Shown: positions 38,364 through 52,093, numbered from the stretch's first letter. The stretch: 64,000 bases of DNA from Utricularia gibba (GCA_002189035.1 NEEC01000002.1:3162001-3226000); one strand, 5' to 3'. A program made the numbers and translations. Notes: generated by a model not told the origin, from the letters alone.

Positions 38364-38921
38364 TAGAGATGAAAGTTAAAGCCAAGACCTTGGGCCGGCC
38401 CCACCCGGTCCTAAAAAACATAGGGTTAGGGCCTATACATTAATGACCCGAAAGATTATCGTACTTTCTGATCCGAAGCCCTAAGCCTTTAGGGCCGATT
38501 GGGTTTCGGGCCTTAAAGCCCGACGGGCCTAGGGCCAATTTAAAAATAGAATTTTTATATATAATAATTATAATTATTTTTAATTTTGAATAATTTAAAT
38601 TCATTATATATATACTATTTTATTTTAAATATAAATAATATGAATTAATAATCTACATACTATTTTAATTTTTTTTCTATAAATTATTTAAATAATATTA
38701 AAATGTATATTAATGTTTAATAATTTTTTAAACTTTTTTATTTATTATATGGTAAACCTGTGGGCCGGGTAAGACCAGCCCGGCACTATGAATAATCGGG
38801 CTAGGGCCACCTTAATCTTATTTTTATGTGATTGGGCTTTAGCCCGGCCTTAGCCCGAAACTTGATGAGGCCCTCTGAAATAGGGTCGGGCCAGCCCCGC
38901 CCGGCCCAACTTTCATCTCTA
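38364..38921. mobile_element. hAT-family MITE (558 bp)
   Basis: Perfect 14-bp TIR TAGAGATGAAAGTT / AACTTTCATCTCTA, similar to the Ac TIR. Perfect 8-bp TSD TGAGGAAG at 38356-38363 and 38922-38929. GC-rich subterminal repeats around an AT-rich core. Confidence 0.93.
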
Positions 38922-38996
38922 TGAGGAAGTTTTCCAACAACTTCACTCACGTATGGAGCTTCTTCTTCGGGTAATTCATCATTCAAATGCTCTATG

Positions 38997-39350
38997 AGTG
39001 TGTTTGGTTGATGATATTAAGTGGTATATATTGATAATTATATTAAAATAATGTGTTTGGTAAATGGGATAAAAATTAATTATGATTCGTATTAGAATTT
39101 TAATTCTTAATTTTTAGGATTTAAATATACCATCCCATGAGGTAGGATTTACTTATCCCAAATGTAAATTTACATTTTAGGCCCAATTCCCTTCCTCTTC
39201 TTCATTCGTTTCTTCTATATAAAGGGAATTGTAGGGTTTTTTTTATGTAATTTAAACAACAATATGGGTACAATTGTCTTTTCTTAAAAATACAAATTCT
39301 GAAATATATTTAATATTCTACCTATAATTCATTAACCAAACACATCTCAT
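38997..39350. mobile_element. Possible Tourist/PIF-type MITE
   Basis: GAGTGTGTTTGGTT at the left end and AACCAAACACATCTC at the right end form an imperfect inverted repeat. No clean TSD identified. Confidence 0.35.
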
Positions 39351-39899
39351 CCTATCCACAAATCTTTATCCCACTTACATATCCTTATTTAAATATTTCC
39401 TAGTATATTTGAATCCCATAACTATGGGAATTCCAACAATATGTTACAAAAATAGATTTTTATTTTGTAGGTTACGTTGCATGACTCCTTGCGATTCGTG
39501 GAAAATCATGCATCGGGTGCACACAGGGTGTTTGATTCACGTGGTGCATACAAGGTAAATGATTTTTTAGTTATTATATTTTATAAATTAATTTTGATTT
39601 AATTGCGATTGTATTAATTTATATAATTTGCATAATTTTTTAAAAATCGAATTTCTGAAATCAATGAATTTTGCATCCATTTTGGTGCAACCTAGTCAAC
39701 AGATACACCGAAGATATTTGAAATATAAAATAGATAAGTAAGTTCAAATTAAATTCAAAAAGGATAAACACTTCAATATTTAATAGAAGTAGTCTAACAA
39801 TCAAAAGTTCAAGAAAATTAATTATAGGTGATTTATTATAATATAAATTGAGAATTTTAGATTAAATCAAAGGCAGATAGCTGTATAACCATCATTATG

Positions 39900-41250
39900 T
39901 TTTAGAGTAGATTACTTTTGTAGAATACCGTTTCATGAGATTTATATATGTTATTGTCTACAAATATATTTTGTATGATATATGAGATAGTCTATGAAAT
40001 CAATGTGTTTCTCACCTTGTTCTACCTTCTCCATTGCCTTCCCCCCTTCTATTCTTGAGTTCATTTTCTTCTTAGGGAATACAGATAAGTTGTAACAAAG
40101 TGGTATCAAAGTTATAATCCTAGTGTGTGCCAAAACAAAAATGATCACTCGTTAAATCACATCTCATCAAATAGATGAATATTATGTGTATTGTCTCAAT
40201 AACTATGAAAATGATGAAGACTCCTCAATCCTTTGACGATATGTTTCAACAGTTTCATGAATTAGCCACGTCTCTAACAAATATTTGTACACCCCAACAC
40301 CTCTTTGAGAAACGTATACATAAATGACTAGTAGAATCACTTGGATCATTTACAATTCAATAATTCACAAAAACTTCAATAATTGGCATAAGATCACTCT
40401 ATTTTAGGGCTGGAGAATTTAACATCCAACCATCCACCATGTCCTAAAACTCAAAAATCTTCTAGTGATCAAAACTCACATTTCTATAGGAAGGGCCATG
40501 ACAACCTATCAAAAATTATTTTGATTTCTTTTGATGATACTAACCAATGAGGATGGATTTAGAGATCTTTGGTATTTCTTTTTGAATGAATCAATTTTAT
40601 AAGGCTGCTTACTAAATTTTTCAGGATTAAGCAAACGGGCAAAATCTCATAGTGTTTGGATGAATATTATTATTATCAATTACAAATTACTCTATTATTT
40701 CCTAACTATTATCTAAATAATTTTATGACTATTTTAATTCAAGAGTTTAAGGAAGAACTTCAAGAAGCTATCAATAACACTAAATATTAAACTAAAGAAG
40801 AAATCATATACTTTATCCTTTTTAGGGAATCAAAATATTCAAAGCTCCAATGAAAAAATCCTTCTTTATCTCATAAGAGTGAGCCTCAACTCTATCACCA
40901 TTCTTCAAGAGGCCACATTTTAGATACCTTAATTAAAGAAAGATTTGGATATAAATTTTACATTAAATGTGAAGAGTCTTTCTTTAAAAAATACCATTGT
41001 TAAGGCAAACAATTATTGTTATTAAATGCATATGAATTGCTTCTGAAAACACCCAATGAAGATATGCATTCTAATGTTCCATGTATGAAACAATTCTTTA
41101 GGAAACAATTTTGGTTCATGTCATTCGAGGAGAAAGCATAGAGAAATATTTGACTAATAGGATCCACGAGAAACAAGAACTGAGAGTTCTATTCAACCCT
41201 ATAGCAATTAACAATTTTCTTGATATAAGCTTGGTAAAAAATTCACCCTT
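39900..41250 (+). mobile_element. Degenerate Ty3/gypsy remnant (LTR end, PBS, gag scraps)
   Basis: ..TGTAACA is followed by TGGTATCAAAG (40101-40111), a tRNA-iMet PBS-like sequence. Downstream scraps LKQTGKI, KEELQEAI and LQEAT resemble gypsy gag. Boundaries approximate. Confidence 0.5.
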
Positions 41251-41520
41251 TCATTAGTGCCCATTCACCCATTTCTATTAACGTAATCGGGTGGATAACA
41301 ATCAATAAAATAGTAGGTAACAAAAAATTTTTGTTGAAAAATGGAGATTCATGAATTTCGCTTTGATTTTAGGATATTTGATTTTAAGAAAAATTACAAT
41401 ATGCTAACATGGGTAGATTCCTCATTGAATATGACCTCTTCTTCGAAAATTATAAAATTATGATCTTATCTATTACTAAGGATATGTAAACACTCACTTT
41501 TCTATGTTTGAGATCCACAA

Positions 41521-41679
41521 CTAGAGCAATGCACCGTGCGCCTTGACGGTGCGGTTGAGGTAGTTGTTCACGACAGGGGAAGTGACGTAACCCAGCGCGG
41601 CGAAGTGTGAAATCAGATTCAAAGAGCATGACAGAGAGATGGGCTTCGAAGAAACCAACTCCATCGCCACCCTCTTCAT
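41521..41679 (-). pseudogene. Truncated duplicate of the At5g60030-like gene
   Basis: MKRVAMELVSSKPISLSCSLNLISHFAALGYVTSPVVNNYLNRTVKAHGALL* aligns codon for codon with the first 53 codons of 37742-38164. CAG has become TAG at 41521-41523. Upstream similarity extends to about 41945. Confidence 0.92.
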
Positions 41680-41968
41680 CTTCTGTAGGCAACTCCAACC
41701 CCCACCGCTGCTAGAATTGGTGTTGCTAGCCGCCTTTTTTAACCTTTCGAGAAAATAAATATGTTTCGAAATTGGTCTTTTTTATCATTTTCTTTTGGGC
41801 CTTTACCATAGAAATAATATGGTTTTTATTTAAATATTAGACCCGCTTAGATGCTAATACTTTTGTTTTTTAATGAAAAATTTTCCCAACAACTTTGGGC
41901 ATGCATTGAGCTTCTTCTTCGGGTACTTCATAATTCAAATGCCTTGTCGAAATTCGAACAACACCTAA

Positions 41969-44900
41969 GGCCATGTTTGGCACACTTGTGAATGTGTTTT
42001 TAACAAGCAATTTTTAATTAGAAGTGTGTTTGATAAGAGTTGGGATGTTAACAAATATTGTTTAAATTATCGTCAATTTGAGTGTGATGGTAAACATGGG
42101 GGAAGGGGGAAGGGGAAGGGGATGTAAGTTAAGAATTATAATCATTTTTATTCTTTTTTTTACCCTTATCTAATCCTTTTTATTCCTTTTTTGCCATTGC
42201 CCTTAATAAATTTTGGATAAATGCACTCATTCCCAGATTGGGTTTGAGTTTTTCTTCAATAGTTTCTCACAATTGTAATCACTTTTCGCAATATGATTAA
42301 AACAATTTTTCTGTTTGATGAAGAATAGAAAGCCAAACTAAAAACTGCAATTTTTGGTAAAATTTGAGAATTTGTAATATTGGCTTCTTGACATGTGTTT
42401 ATGCATTGAATCATTTATTGATAATGCAATGGTTGTGTGGACATTAAGTGATGGTCATTATTTATGGTGAAAAGCTATCATTTTTGAACTATCATTCTCT
42501 TGTTACTTTTCATTTGTTTTAATTCCATTGATATATAATAAGATATTTGGTTTCATGTAGATGATTTTATTCACCTATATTTTCTGTGTTTTTTGGAAAA
42601 TATTTTTGAGATGATAGTTGTATGAATTTTCACTCCTACACGTGTCTTGACAATTTTTTTTATTTCTTGTGTACATTGGTTTTCTGATTTTTAGATCTAA
42701 CACTTGCCTTCAACCCATTTTTACAATCCCAAGTCTTTCATTGTGAAATAAAAAAAAATAGTTGATGAACAAGTTAGAGTTGTGGATGTCACTATAGCGC
42801 ATGCTATAAGAGCAATTAAATTTATATGGATGATGTCTCTGATTTATATATGGACGCAACAACAACGTCCAAGTATGAACATTGTGCGGTATTCATATAA
42901 TGAGAAAATTCCTCGCCAACTTGACTATATGAAATGTTTAATCAATGATGCAAACTCTGCATGCTTGGATGAGTTGGAGCTTACCGGAAGTGTGTTTCTG
43001 AAGTTGTATACCCTACTACAAGAAAAGATGAATCTAAGGCCAACTAAGTATGCAAATGTGCTGGAAATGGTGGCTATTTTCTTAGAAATTTAGCACGTGA
43101 TAGGAAAACAAGAACACAAAAACATGCATTCAAGAGATCAACTTGGACCATGTCAAACATTTTTATATCATGCTTACAACAGTGTTTTCATTGGGAGATG
43201 AATTGTATGTCCGAACTTGCCCAATAAATGAAGATTCAAATTCAAAATTTCATTTTTTGAGGTAGCATTTTCTTGCATCATCAACTTTATGTTTTTTTTT
43301 CCACTTGATGGCTTTTTAGACTTATTCCTTCCTTGTCAGAATTGTCTAGGTGCTCTTAATGGTTCAAACATTCCACTTCACGTAAAAGAAGTCTTGAAGT
43401 CACAATTAAGGAATTGAAAAGGCCAACTATCTGCAAATGTCCTAAGAATGTACGATGACAATATGAACTTTATTTATGTGATTTCTGGGAGAGATCTGTA
43501 TCAGATAGTATAATGTTGCAAGCAACACTTATTGGACAACCAAATACTTTCACAATAACGATAGTTAAGTTTAAATACTTTTTGGTGCATAATTTTTTTG
43601 TTACTATCTTTTAGTTGCTGCTCATTTAAGAAGTGTATAATGTTTATTTGTCTGACATTGGTTTTATGTGTAGGATGTTATTACTTGTGTGACAATAGTT
43701 ACACAAATTGCCAAGGTTTTTTTGCTCCTTATCTGTTAAGTGTCATTTTCTAGTTATTATTTATGTATTATTATGTATTAATTAAGTGTTAAGTCGTCCA
43801 ATTAGGAGTCTTATTATTAAGTATTTGATTTTTACTAGAAAATTTCTATTTTCCCATTTTATGTATATTTTATACATTTTTTCTCACACTTTGACCGAGG
43901 CATGTTAGGAGACTGTCAGGAGTGTTGCAAGAGTATTGCAGGTGGTCAGACTCTGAGTTTTCGTACCTTGTACGTGAGCTGGAATGATTGTGGGCGGAAC
44001 ACTGACACTGTTCAAGGCCCATGACTTGCGGCATGTCAGAGTCTGCAGCAATTATTGGGCGTAAACTTGCATGCAAAGAAAGGCTGCTGGCGCACGCAAG
44101 ACAGAAGGAATGATGGGAAGGGGACCCAAAGGAGTTAATGCACGTGGGAAATCATATAAAAGCCACTTGGAGTACTTAGTTTAGGACTTTTGAACATTTT
44201 CTCTTGTACTTAGAACTTTTAGGTTCTTCCTCCCCTCAAGGAGGAAGAACACTTAGTTTCCTTTTTGTTTCTGTTTCTATGGCCCTTTTGGACTAAAAAC
44301 CTTTAGTTTCTGGGAAGTAGATGAAGTTTCCTTCCAAGTCCTGAGCAATACACTCGGTTCTTCACTGAATTCAATTCGGATTCTGCATACTTCCACGCGT
44401 CTTGTTGCAGTCTTTCTGTAACGACTCTTAGTCAAGGTCCATGAGTAGCAGGCCACTTCTCGCGGATTTTGGTGAAGATCAAGGTGAAGACCACCAACTC
44501 CAACCCTGCTGGTTCGAGGGAAGTAGCAGATTGTTTGTGGCCTAGGTATCGCGACAGTGGACAGGTTGTGACCTCGGACCTGCCACTGGCCATTGGCAAC
44601 AGCTGGGCACACGCGCACAATTCGGTTTTGAAGGCAATCCTCTTGTCTTTCGAATCGTCCAAGGGGGAATCACATGAGACTATTCCTGTGACTCCTTGTC
44701 AATCAGAGTGTAAGGGAGAGTAAGCTATTCCTTGCTCCTATAACCAGCTATTCGGAAGAAATCAGTGAAAACCGAGGCAAGGACGGACAAAGGAAGGAGA
44801 TGGAGTCTTATTCCCAGAAAATGCGTCCTGTAGTCAAGGCCCATTACTTAGGTTGTATCTTTCATTTCTGCATCTTAAAAACCCTCTTTTACAAAACCGT

Positions 44901-47494
44901 GACATTTTGTAGAAGTTGCTTGCAAACACTTTTCACGAAAAACAACTCCCTGAGATCGATACTCGTACTACGTTTTCTAGTGTTTTACGTTTTAAAATAT
45001 TTAAAATTTATTGAGGAAACTACACACAACATTATCAGTGTGTTTGTTATAATTTAAAGGAGTAGGATGCAGAACCAAGGGCACCTCAAAATACAAAAGA
45101 ATACTTTAATATGCGTCATTCATGTATGAGCAATATTATTGAAAGAGTATGGGGATTTATAAAAATCAAGTAGGGCATTCTAGGAGGTGCAAACTACTAT
45201 ATTTTATGAACTTCTATGCGTATTATCATAGCTTGTGCATTGCTCTATAATTTTATTTGAAAAGAGATGCGCTGTGATCCTTTTGAAATTGAGGTATCTA
45301 TGGGATATCAGAATTTAGATGCTGAAACAACAGATGAGTTTGATGGCATACATACATTTGGAGGCATACCAAAGTGGAATGCTTGGCAGGATAATCTCAT
45401 TAATAATATGTACATGAGTTGGAATGCTATCCGTAGAGGTAGGCAGTGTCCTCTATGAATATCATAATTTGTTGCAACAAATTAATTTTTGTATGTTTTG
45501 TTTCATCTTAGATGAAGAGTAAGATTTTTTTTAAAACTATTCTACCTCTATTCAACTTCTTTATTTGTATCTCCTGATGCATATAATGAGAAGAAATAAT
45601 GAAAATCCAATAGTGAAAGCCCCTCGATGCAGGTGTGGTATGCCACCTCTATTCAATTTACTATATAGTTTAACATACTAAATATAATATAAGTATAAAA
45701 AAAATTTAAAATTAAAGTATATCACAAATATGTGTCAATTTGAGGTAGATGACTAATATATTTAAAAAGTAAGATATTTTATCAATGTCATACATCTACA
45801 AATCGCTAATCCAATCCGATTAATTGAGTAATGGGGGATAATTAGTTTAAGCTTAACTCGAGCCCCCTTCTCTCCTCTTTGTCAAAACCCAATTCAATTC
45901 ATGCATTTACTTTACCATCACCTCCCTCATCCCAATGATCAGGTGTCACACTCAATTTTATCTTAGATAAATCAACTGAGGGTTGCATTGAGATAGCAGC
46001 AAGGTAAACTCAATTTTCATAAAGTGGTCCAAATGCAAAATATTTTCCAAACATTGCAGCAAAAAAAAAAGTTACATGAAACACGCATCAACAAAATAGG
46101 CAACAAAAGTCAGGTAGCATATACTTAATAGGAAGCTTCTAATTATTTCCATCCATAATATTTTGGATCATAATTTCTTGCTATGGGCAAAAAGAGCTTA
46201 CGAAACATTCCAAAGTTGCAATATCTCGAATTATAGCTTGAATAACCTTAAGCCATTGTTAAGTAGTCATTGGGAGTACAGAGCCTTGCACCAAATCTGA
46301 AGCTTTTTTTTTCTTATCTTGCATCTCTTGGCTTGGTGCAAGAAGCTTGTCTTCAAGTTCAAAAATTGCAGTATTAGACTCCTTATTGAGTACTTGTAGT
46401 TCAATAATGAGATCATCAACATCATTAGAAACATTTCTTCCTTTTTTATGACCTTCGACACTTTCTGAATCATCGCCTTTGCTCTTTGAAGATGTTTGGT
46501 TTTGCTTTCGTTTACACCCATCAAAATACTTCTCTTGAGTGTCACAAGACAGTGTAGAGATTGATAGTAGATAGTTATCTTGACTAAGAAGTGGTTCAAT
46601 ATTTAGATAATTGATAGCAATATTAACTTCTTCAAGTTATTGAAAATCTTTAGTTACTCTATCTTTACCAAATATGTCAATTCAATCCTCATAGTATGAC
46701 CATGTTCTATTCCTTAATATGTTATGTAACTGCACATCATGCCGCAAAAATAGCACATATTTTCAAGATTGCCAAAATAATGATAAAATTAAATATACAT
46801 TTTTCAACTCTTCCCATAATTCTAGTGTAGCTTCTACGAACTTTGTTATATAATCAAAACCAATGCTTGACCTAGATAAAAAATCGATCTATGTATTGTA
46901 ATCTCTCTTAAATGTCCCAGATTTGGAATGCATATGAGGTTGGGTTTTTTTATCTGATTCATGATAAATTTTATAAAAATGTGTTCTAATGTTGGTAGAT
47001 AGTTTAGTTTCCAATCATTTTCAAATCTCCAACCCTTGGCTACTAACTCTTTTAAAGCAAGAATGAAGAAACGCTCTTCATGTGCACTTTAGGTGCATTG
47101 GGATCTACATTCTCCCTACTCTCACCCCTTGTAGATTTCTTCTTAGGTTTGTTTATTTCTATTCCTTTTTCGCTGCTTCACTATGAAAGAAAGATGGAAG
47201 AATTTTTTCACACACAAATAATGCACAAATGATAAAATCACTGTAATGCATACCTTGGATGACGAGATTGAAAATTGAACAATTTTGGATCAACATGAAG
47301 GGTTTAGTGTGTTTATATTCTAATTGAATGTTCATTGTCATTTTACTGTGTGTGACTTGATTGATACTTACTTCTACTTTCCACCCACCAAAATCAATGG
47401 GAGTAAAATTGAGATTTTAGTATACATTATCATAATTTAACAACACTCTACTAAACACATTCACAAAAAATAAAGTGTCTTACCAAACATGTGT
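41969..47494. mobile_element. Degenerate full-length PIF/Harbinger transposon (transposase on +, Myb-like ORF relic on -)
   Basis: Left end taa|GGCCATGTTTGG..GTGAATGTGTTT; right end AAACACATTCAC..CCAAACATG. Transposase scraps: VLEMVAIFLEI (43060), NCLGALNGSNIP (43340), YYLCDNSYTNCQGFFAPY (43680), FNMRHSCMSNIIERVWG (45110). A Myb_DNA-bind_3-like relic lies near 46100-47100 on the minus strand. Confidence 0.75.
43734..45031. mobile_element. Solo LTR (1298 bp) inserted in the PIF transposase
   Basis: TGTT...AACA termini with 5-bp TSD TTATC at 43729-43733 and 45032-45036. Removing it rejoins APY with the expected R/S..RYHLKE-like transposase sequence. Confidence 0.88.
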
Positions 47495-48399
47495 TTATAC
47501 AAATAATGGGAAAAAATACGTTTTGATGTTAACGTTTTAAAGATTGCTTATAATTAGATGCACATGCTTTTTAAAATAGTTTTGTGGTACAAACGTTTCC
47601 GTTTTTATTCAAATTCAATACAAACGTTTTCAAAATATATCATTTTGGTACAAACGTTAAATATTATATTATTTTTCAAATATCAACATTTTTTAAACCA
47701 TTGTTTAAATACATATGTTGTTTAAAAAAGCTACAAAACAATACAATTGTTTTTTCACACATACTTTTTTATACATGCATTTATTGTAAATTATGATTTT
47801 GACCAAAATATATTAAAAATAATTAATATATTATAATATATAATAAAAATTAATAAAAAAAATATAATTTATATGTATTTCAAATTTTCATGTTTTCTAA
47901 ATCGTTAATTTAATTTACTTCATTATGTGAATTTGATTATTATATTATATTCATATTTATAAGTTTTTCAAAATTTACAACAATATCCGAAAACTTTTTC
48001 TAATAATTAAAAAATATCTAAATAATATATTAATATTATAAGTAATATAATTGTAAATATCTATTCCATTATTTAATAATTTGAATCCATCATAATAAAC
48101 TTAGTGTATTTTAAGTTGATTAATCACTTTTTTATAAAATGATACATGACATCAATTAAATGTTCCTATTGATTTGGATAGAATGAAAACTAAATATTAG
48201 ATAATTAAACATTTTTTGGAATTATCGAAATGTTTAAATATCATGTTATCCATCAAAGTAAACTAAACGATAAGCATGTCAATCAAAAGAAACAACGATA
48301 TAGCTATTGAAGTTTGGAAATCACCTACGTCAAACTAACCAGTTCATCCCCAAATGCTATACGTATTTGATTTCAGGGGAATCGCCGACGTCCACCCAT

Positions 48400-49250
48400 C
48401 ATCACATTTGGCAATCCACATGTTGGAGCGAACTGTAATACATCATAACTCGTATACAACTTCTTGTAAGCTACAAAATGACAAAGTTAGTAGTATTCCA
48501 CTTATTGTATTTAACAACTTTGAATGATTAGAGGCTTAAAAATGATGGATACTCAGAAGGAAAGAAAACTGGTGGTGCATTCTGCATGAGGAGCATCACC
48601 GAATATAAAGCATATAACCCACATTCAGTTGGTCCAGTTTGTAGTGGAACCTATAAAAAGAATAACTTTAAAAATCAATTTGCTATAAGTGTTTGTACTA
48701 TGCTATTTATTGAGGTTGCATTGTGTGTACCTCATGAAAGCGAATATGCATAGAATCCAACTCATTAACATCGAAAGAAGGTGCCGCATACCCTAGCATG
48801 TATTTCAGACACCTACACAAGTAAAGTAGTGATTTAATCATAGCTAATTTATTGATTAATGTAGTATAATAATTTCTAGTACCTATACAAATCTTCTTCC
48901 GCTGGACATAATGCATCTCCTGCACTCAAAGAATCTAAGACAAGGATCATTCTATTGCGAGCATCTCCAAAGTTACAGCATACCGTCACCACCCAATGAC
49001 CTCTAGTTGTAGAACATAACAAGTTAAACACATTGTATATAATATTCAAATATAAAGCAAAGTGTAGCTTAACGATAAACAATAGGCCACACCATGTATG
49101 GGCAAGTAAGGAAGGCTGGTCGATGGGGAAATATTCTACGAACTCTCTCCTCATTATCAATCCACTCATTGAAATATAGAAGGTCAATGAAATAAAAAAT
49201 ATCTAGTCGCTCTTCTGGAATCTCAACTCTAATATGACGTAACACTTCTG
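48400..49250 (-). CDS. MULE-borne Ulp1/peptidase C48-like SUMO protease, spliced
   Basis: Exons give AFLTCPYMV|GHWVVTV..MILVLDSL and VPLQTGPTECGLY. Catalytic His at 48996-48998, Asp at 48933-48935, Cys at 48621-48623. GT-AG sites are retained; the terminal exons are uncertain. Confidence 0.7.
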
Positions 49251-49756
49251 TAAAATCAATCATTAAGAATTCCATACTTACGAAAGCTAGGAAGATGCTT
49301 CTTCTTCTTGCAATCCTTCGTCTTTTGTTTTGATACACCATCGTTCACAATAGTAGAATTTTCAGACGAAAGAATGACATTTTGGACATTGAAAAACCAC
49401 TGTCCTGCCATTGTAGGGGGGTGAGAACTTTCCCCACTCAAAGTCTTTCTCTTGTTTCACTTGTGGACTCTGATTTCAACAAACTAAACACATGAGCTCA
49501 AGGATGAAACAACGATTAAAAAAATCATACCTTTTCATCTTTGTTTGGCATGTCTGTATTTCCCTTGGGAGTAGCTGAATTTTGGGGTTGATCAGAGGTG
49601 ACCTTTGGCTCTGTTACTGTGGATGGTTCTTGTGTTCCTTGCTCATTTTCTTCATTTTTTCCACAACCTTCCTTTTTCTATAATAAGGAAACAATAGATC
49701 TTGATAACAAATAATACCACACCATATGGAACAAACCTATGATCCAATATAGTAGA

Positions 49757-50850
49757 CTACCTTTTTTTTTTGGAGTTCAGCTCACATGTCCGTGCATTGT
49801 GCCCTGTGTATCCACATGCTCGACAAAATTGTAATTGTCTTGTTCCAGCTTTCTTTTGTTTCCTATGAGGCGATTGTTTTTCATAAGGTGGCCTTTTTCG
49901 ATGCTTCTTGGGTCTACCACAAGGTGTCGTATGAAATATCGGAGGTAGTATGTTGCTCTTGTCCAACATTGACCATTCCTTACTATCCGGCATACCTACC
50001 AAACAAAAGTTAAAAAAGTGAAGACAATAATTAACAACAAAAACATTTTTCATATGATCCTCTGTAATACCCAAATCAACCTTAAGAAGGCTTAAAAACC
50101 ACATCCATGTGTCCTCACTCTCAGTATCCGCAACTGCATATGCTAGTGGTAAAATGTGTTGATCAACATCAAATGTGCATGCACTCAAAATTTGACCACC
50201 CTCTCTACCTTTAACATGACAACCATCAACACCAACAAATGGTCGACAATGACTCCAACCCGTTTTACAGGCATCCAAACAAATGTAGAGTTTTTCAAAT
50301 CGTCGATAAGTATTGCTGATGTTTGGAGGTGAGAGAACTAGGTCAATAGTAGTTCCAGGATTGGATAGAACTAATTGTGCACAATACCGATCAATCATCG
50401 AATACTCTGTTGCTAGCTTTCCATCACTATCTCCCAATACCTTCTTCCGTGCCACATGTGCTTGCATAGGATCCACCCACATGGATGTTGTTAAGTTGAT
50501 GTGATGCCTAAAATCACGTGTGGTGATGTCTGGCTCACCTAATAACTTATCCTCAAAGAGTCTCACTAGATACTTGGGTTTTAAAAACTTATTTTCAGTC
50601 AACTCCCTGTCACATGAACTACAGTGCTCACTATGATACTTAGACATTTGCCAATCTCGATTTGGACGGGGACCTGAGATGGTTACACCTCAACTACACC
50701 TTTCGTCCCGACCCCCTTCACACACAACACAGATGTATCTGTTGTCATTCCTCTTAAATTTCCACTGAATTCGTTCCTGAATACAATAAGCAACGATGGC
50801 ATCCCGTGCTGCTATTTTGCTACTAAATAATATTCCTTCCCTACATCGTA
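49757..50850 (-). pseudogene. MuDR/MULE transposase with internal deletion
   Basis: MuDR domain (GILFSSK..WKFKRND..C..C.W..H..C), FEKLYICLDACKTGWSHCRPFVGVDGCH..LPLAYAVADTESEDTWMWFL and a C-terminal CRACGYTGHNARTC knuckle are present. The region with the second Asp, the Glu and SWIM is missing after GITEDHMKN. Confidence 0.85.
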
Positions 50851-52093
50851 ATAAAAAGACTTTTATGAATAATAAATAGAAACCCCAGATAAATACACAT
50901 AGGAATCAACTCATACGCATTATAAGTAATATTCACAATAATTATAAACATAACATATACCAATTACATCTAAAAATTAGATGCAAAGAATTATTGATAC
51001 TCAAAGAAATAATTAGAGATTAACCTCTAACTATTATTAATATAAAAATAGTATAAGATTTACCTAAGATTTAATCCTTTTCATCCTTTTTTCGAGTTAT
51101 AATATATCATTTCTTCATCCTCATGATCATATAACTCAATGTCTTGAGTGGCAGCCTCATGTGCTTGAAGTATGCAATCTTCCTTCCACTCAATTTTAGA
51201 CTATCGGTTCAACATTGAACGAGCACGGAGGTTGCAACCCACTAGATTCATATTGAAACTCCTCCTCCGAATAAATGTATGATTCCGTAGTATCCGAATC
51301 ACTCATGGTTAGAACCTGTGGCACCAAAACAATTGAAAAGCTATAACAAATTAAATCGATACGATTCTACATCTGTCTAATAAACTTACGATTCAAAGAA
51401 TAATGATATAAGAAGATGAATCTAAAATTACCAGCAATAAAACCCAGAATCTGAGAACACCGACTCAGAGTCAAGAGAGCGATGGGCTACTAAACAAGGA
51501 CGATTGTGATGGGTCAAGAGATCGACGGGTCAACAATCACCGCTTGTGATGGATCGTGATGGCTAACAAAAATCAGAAGATTTCATCATGGTGACTAACA
51601 ATAACTGAACCCTAATTATATTACATTTCTTAATTTGGGAATGGGCCAGCTAAATATATGTACTGAAATAAAAGCCCATTAGTAAATGTTTGTTCTCATA
51701 ATGTAGGTGTTAAAAGGTATTTAAAAGATAAATTACAAATATACGTATCAAAAAAAATTTCAAAAAAACGTTGATATTGAAGATATATTATTTTTCAAAA
51801 TATTAGTTTCAAAATAAAAATTTTGAAAATGTTCGTACATATAATCTATAAAATTAAACGTATATACCAAAAAATAAATTATACAAACGTTAGTATAAAA
51901 TTGTATGTTTTTTTTCAAACGTTTGTATTGAAATAAAACGTAGCCCTACAAATAATTGAATAAATGTTACACATAACAATAATAATCTAAACAATGGAAA
52001 AATTAAATAACACAACCAAACATGACCTAATAGACAGTGTATAGACACACAGCTTGGAGACATTGGAAACGTTGTCTCCACCGCAGTTTCATA

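Larger units (their letters stand above)
47508..51946 (-). mobile_element. Complete-ended Mutator-like element (4439 bp) carrying transposase and Ulp1-like protease genes (KAONASHI-like)
   Basis: GGG...CCC termini; 10-bp TSD TACAAATAAT at 47498-47507 and 51947-51956; exact internal inverted 16-mer TTCAATACAAACGTTT at 47614-47629 and 51917-51932. Confidence 0.88.

Noticed and set aside
42098-42121. G4-like (GGGGAA)n run
   Set aside because: It lies inside the degenerate PIF element, with no link to a host gene.
44223-44250. Perfect 11-bp hairpin GTTCTTCCTCC/GGAGGAAGAAC, vaguely miR477-like
   Set aside because: The stem is far too short for a plant pre-miRNA and lies inside a solo LTR.
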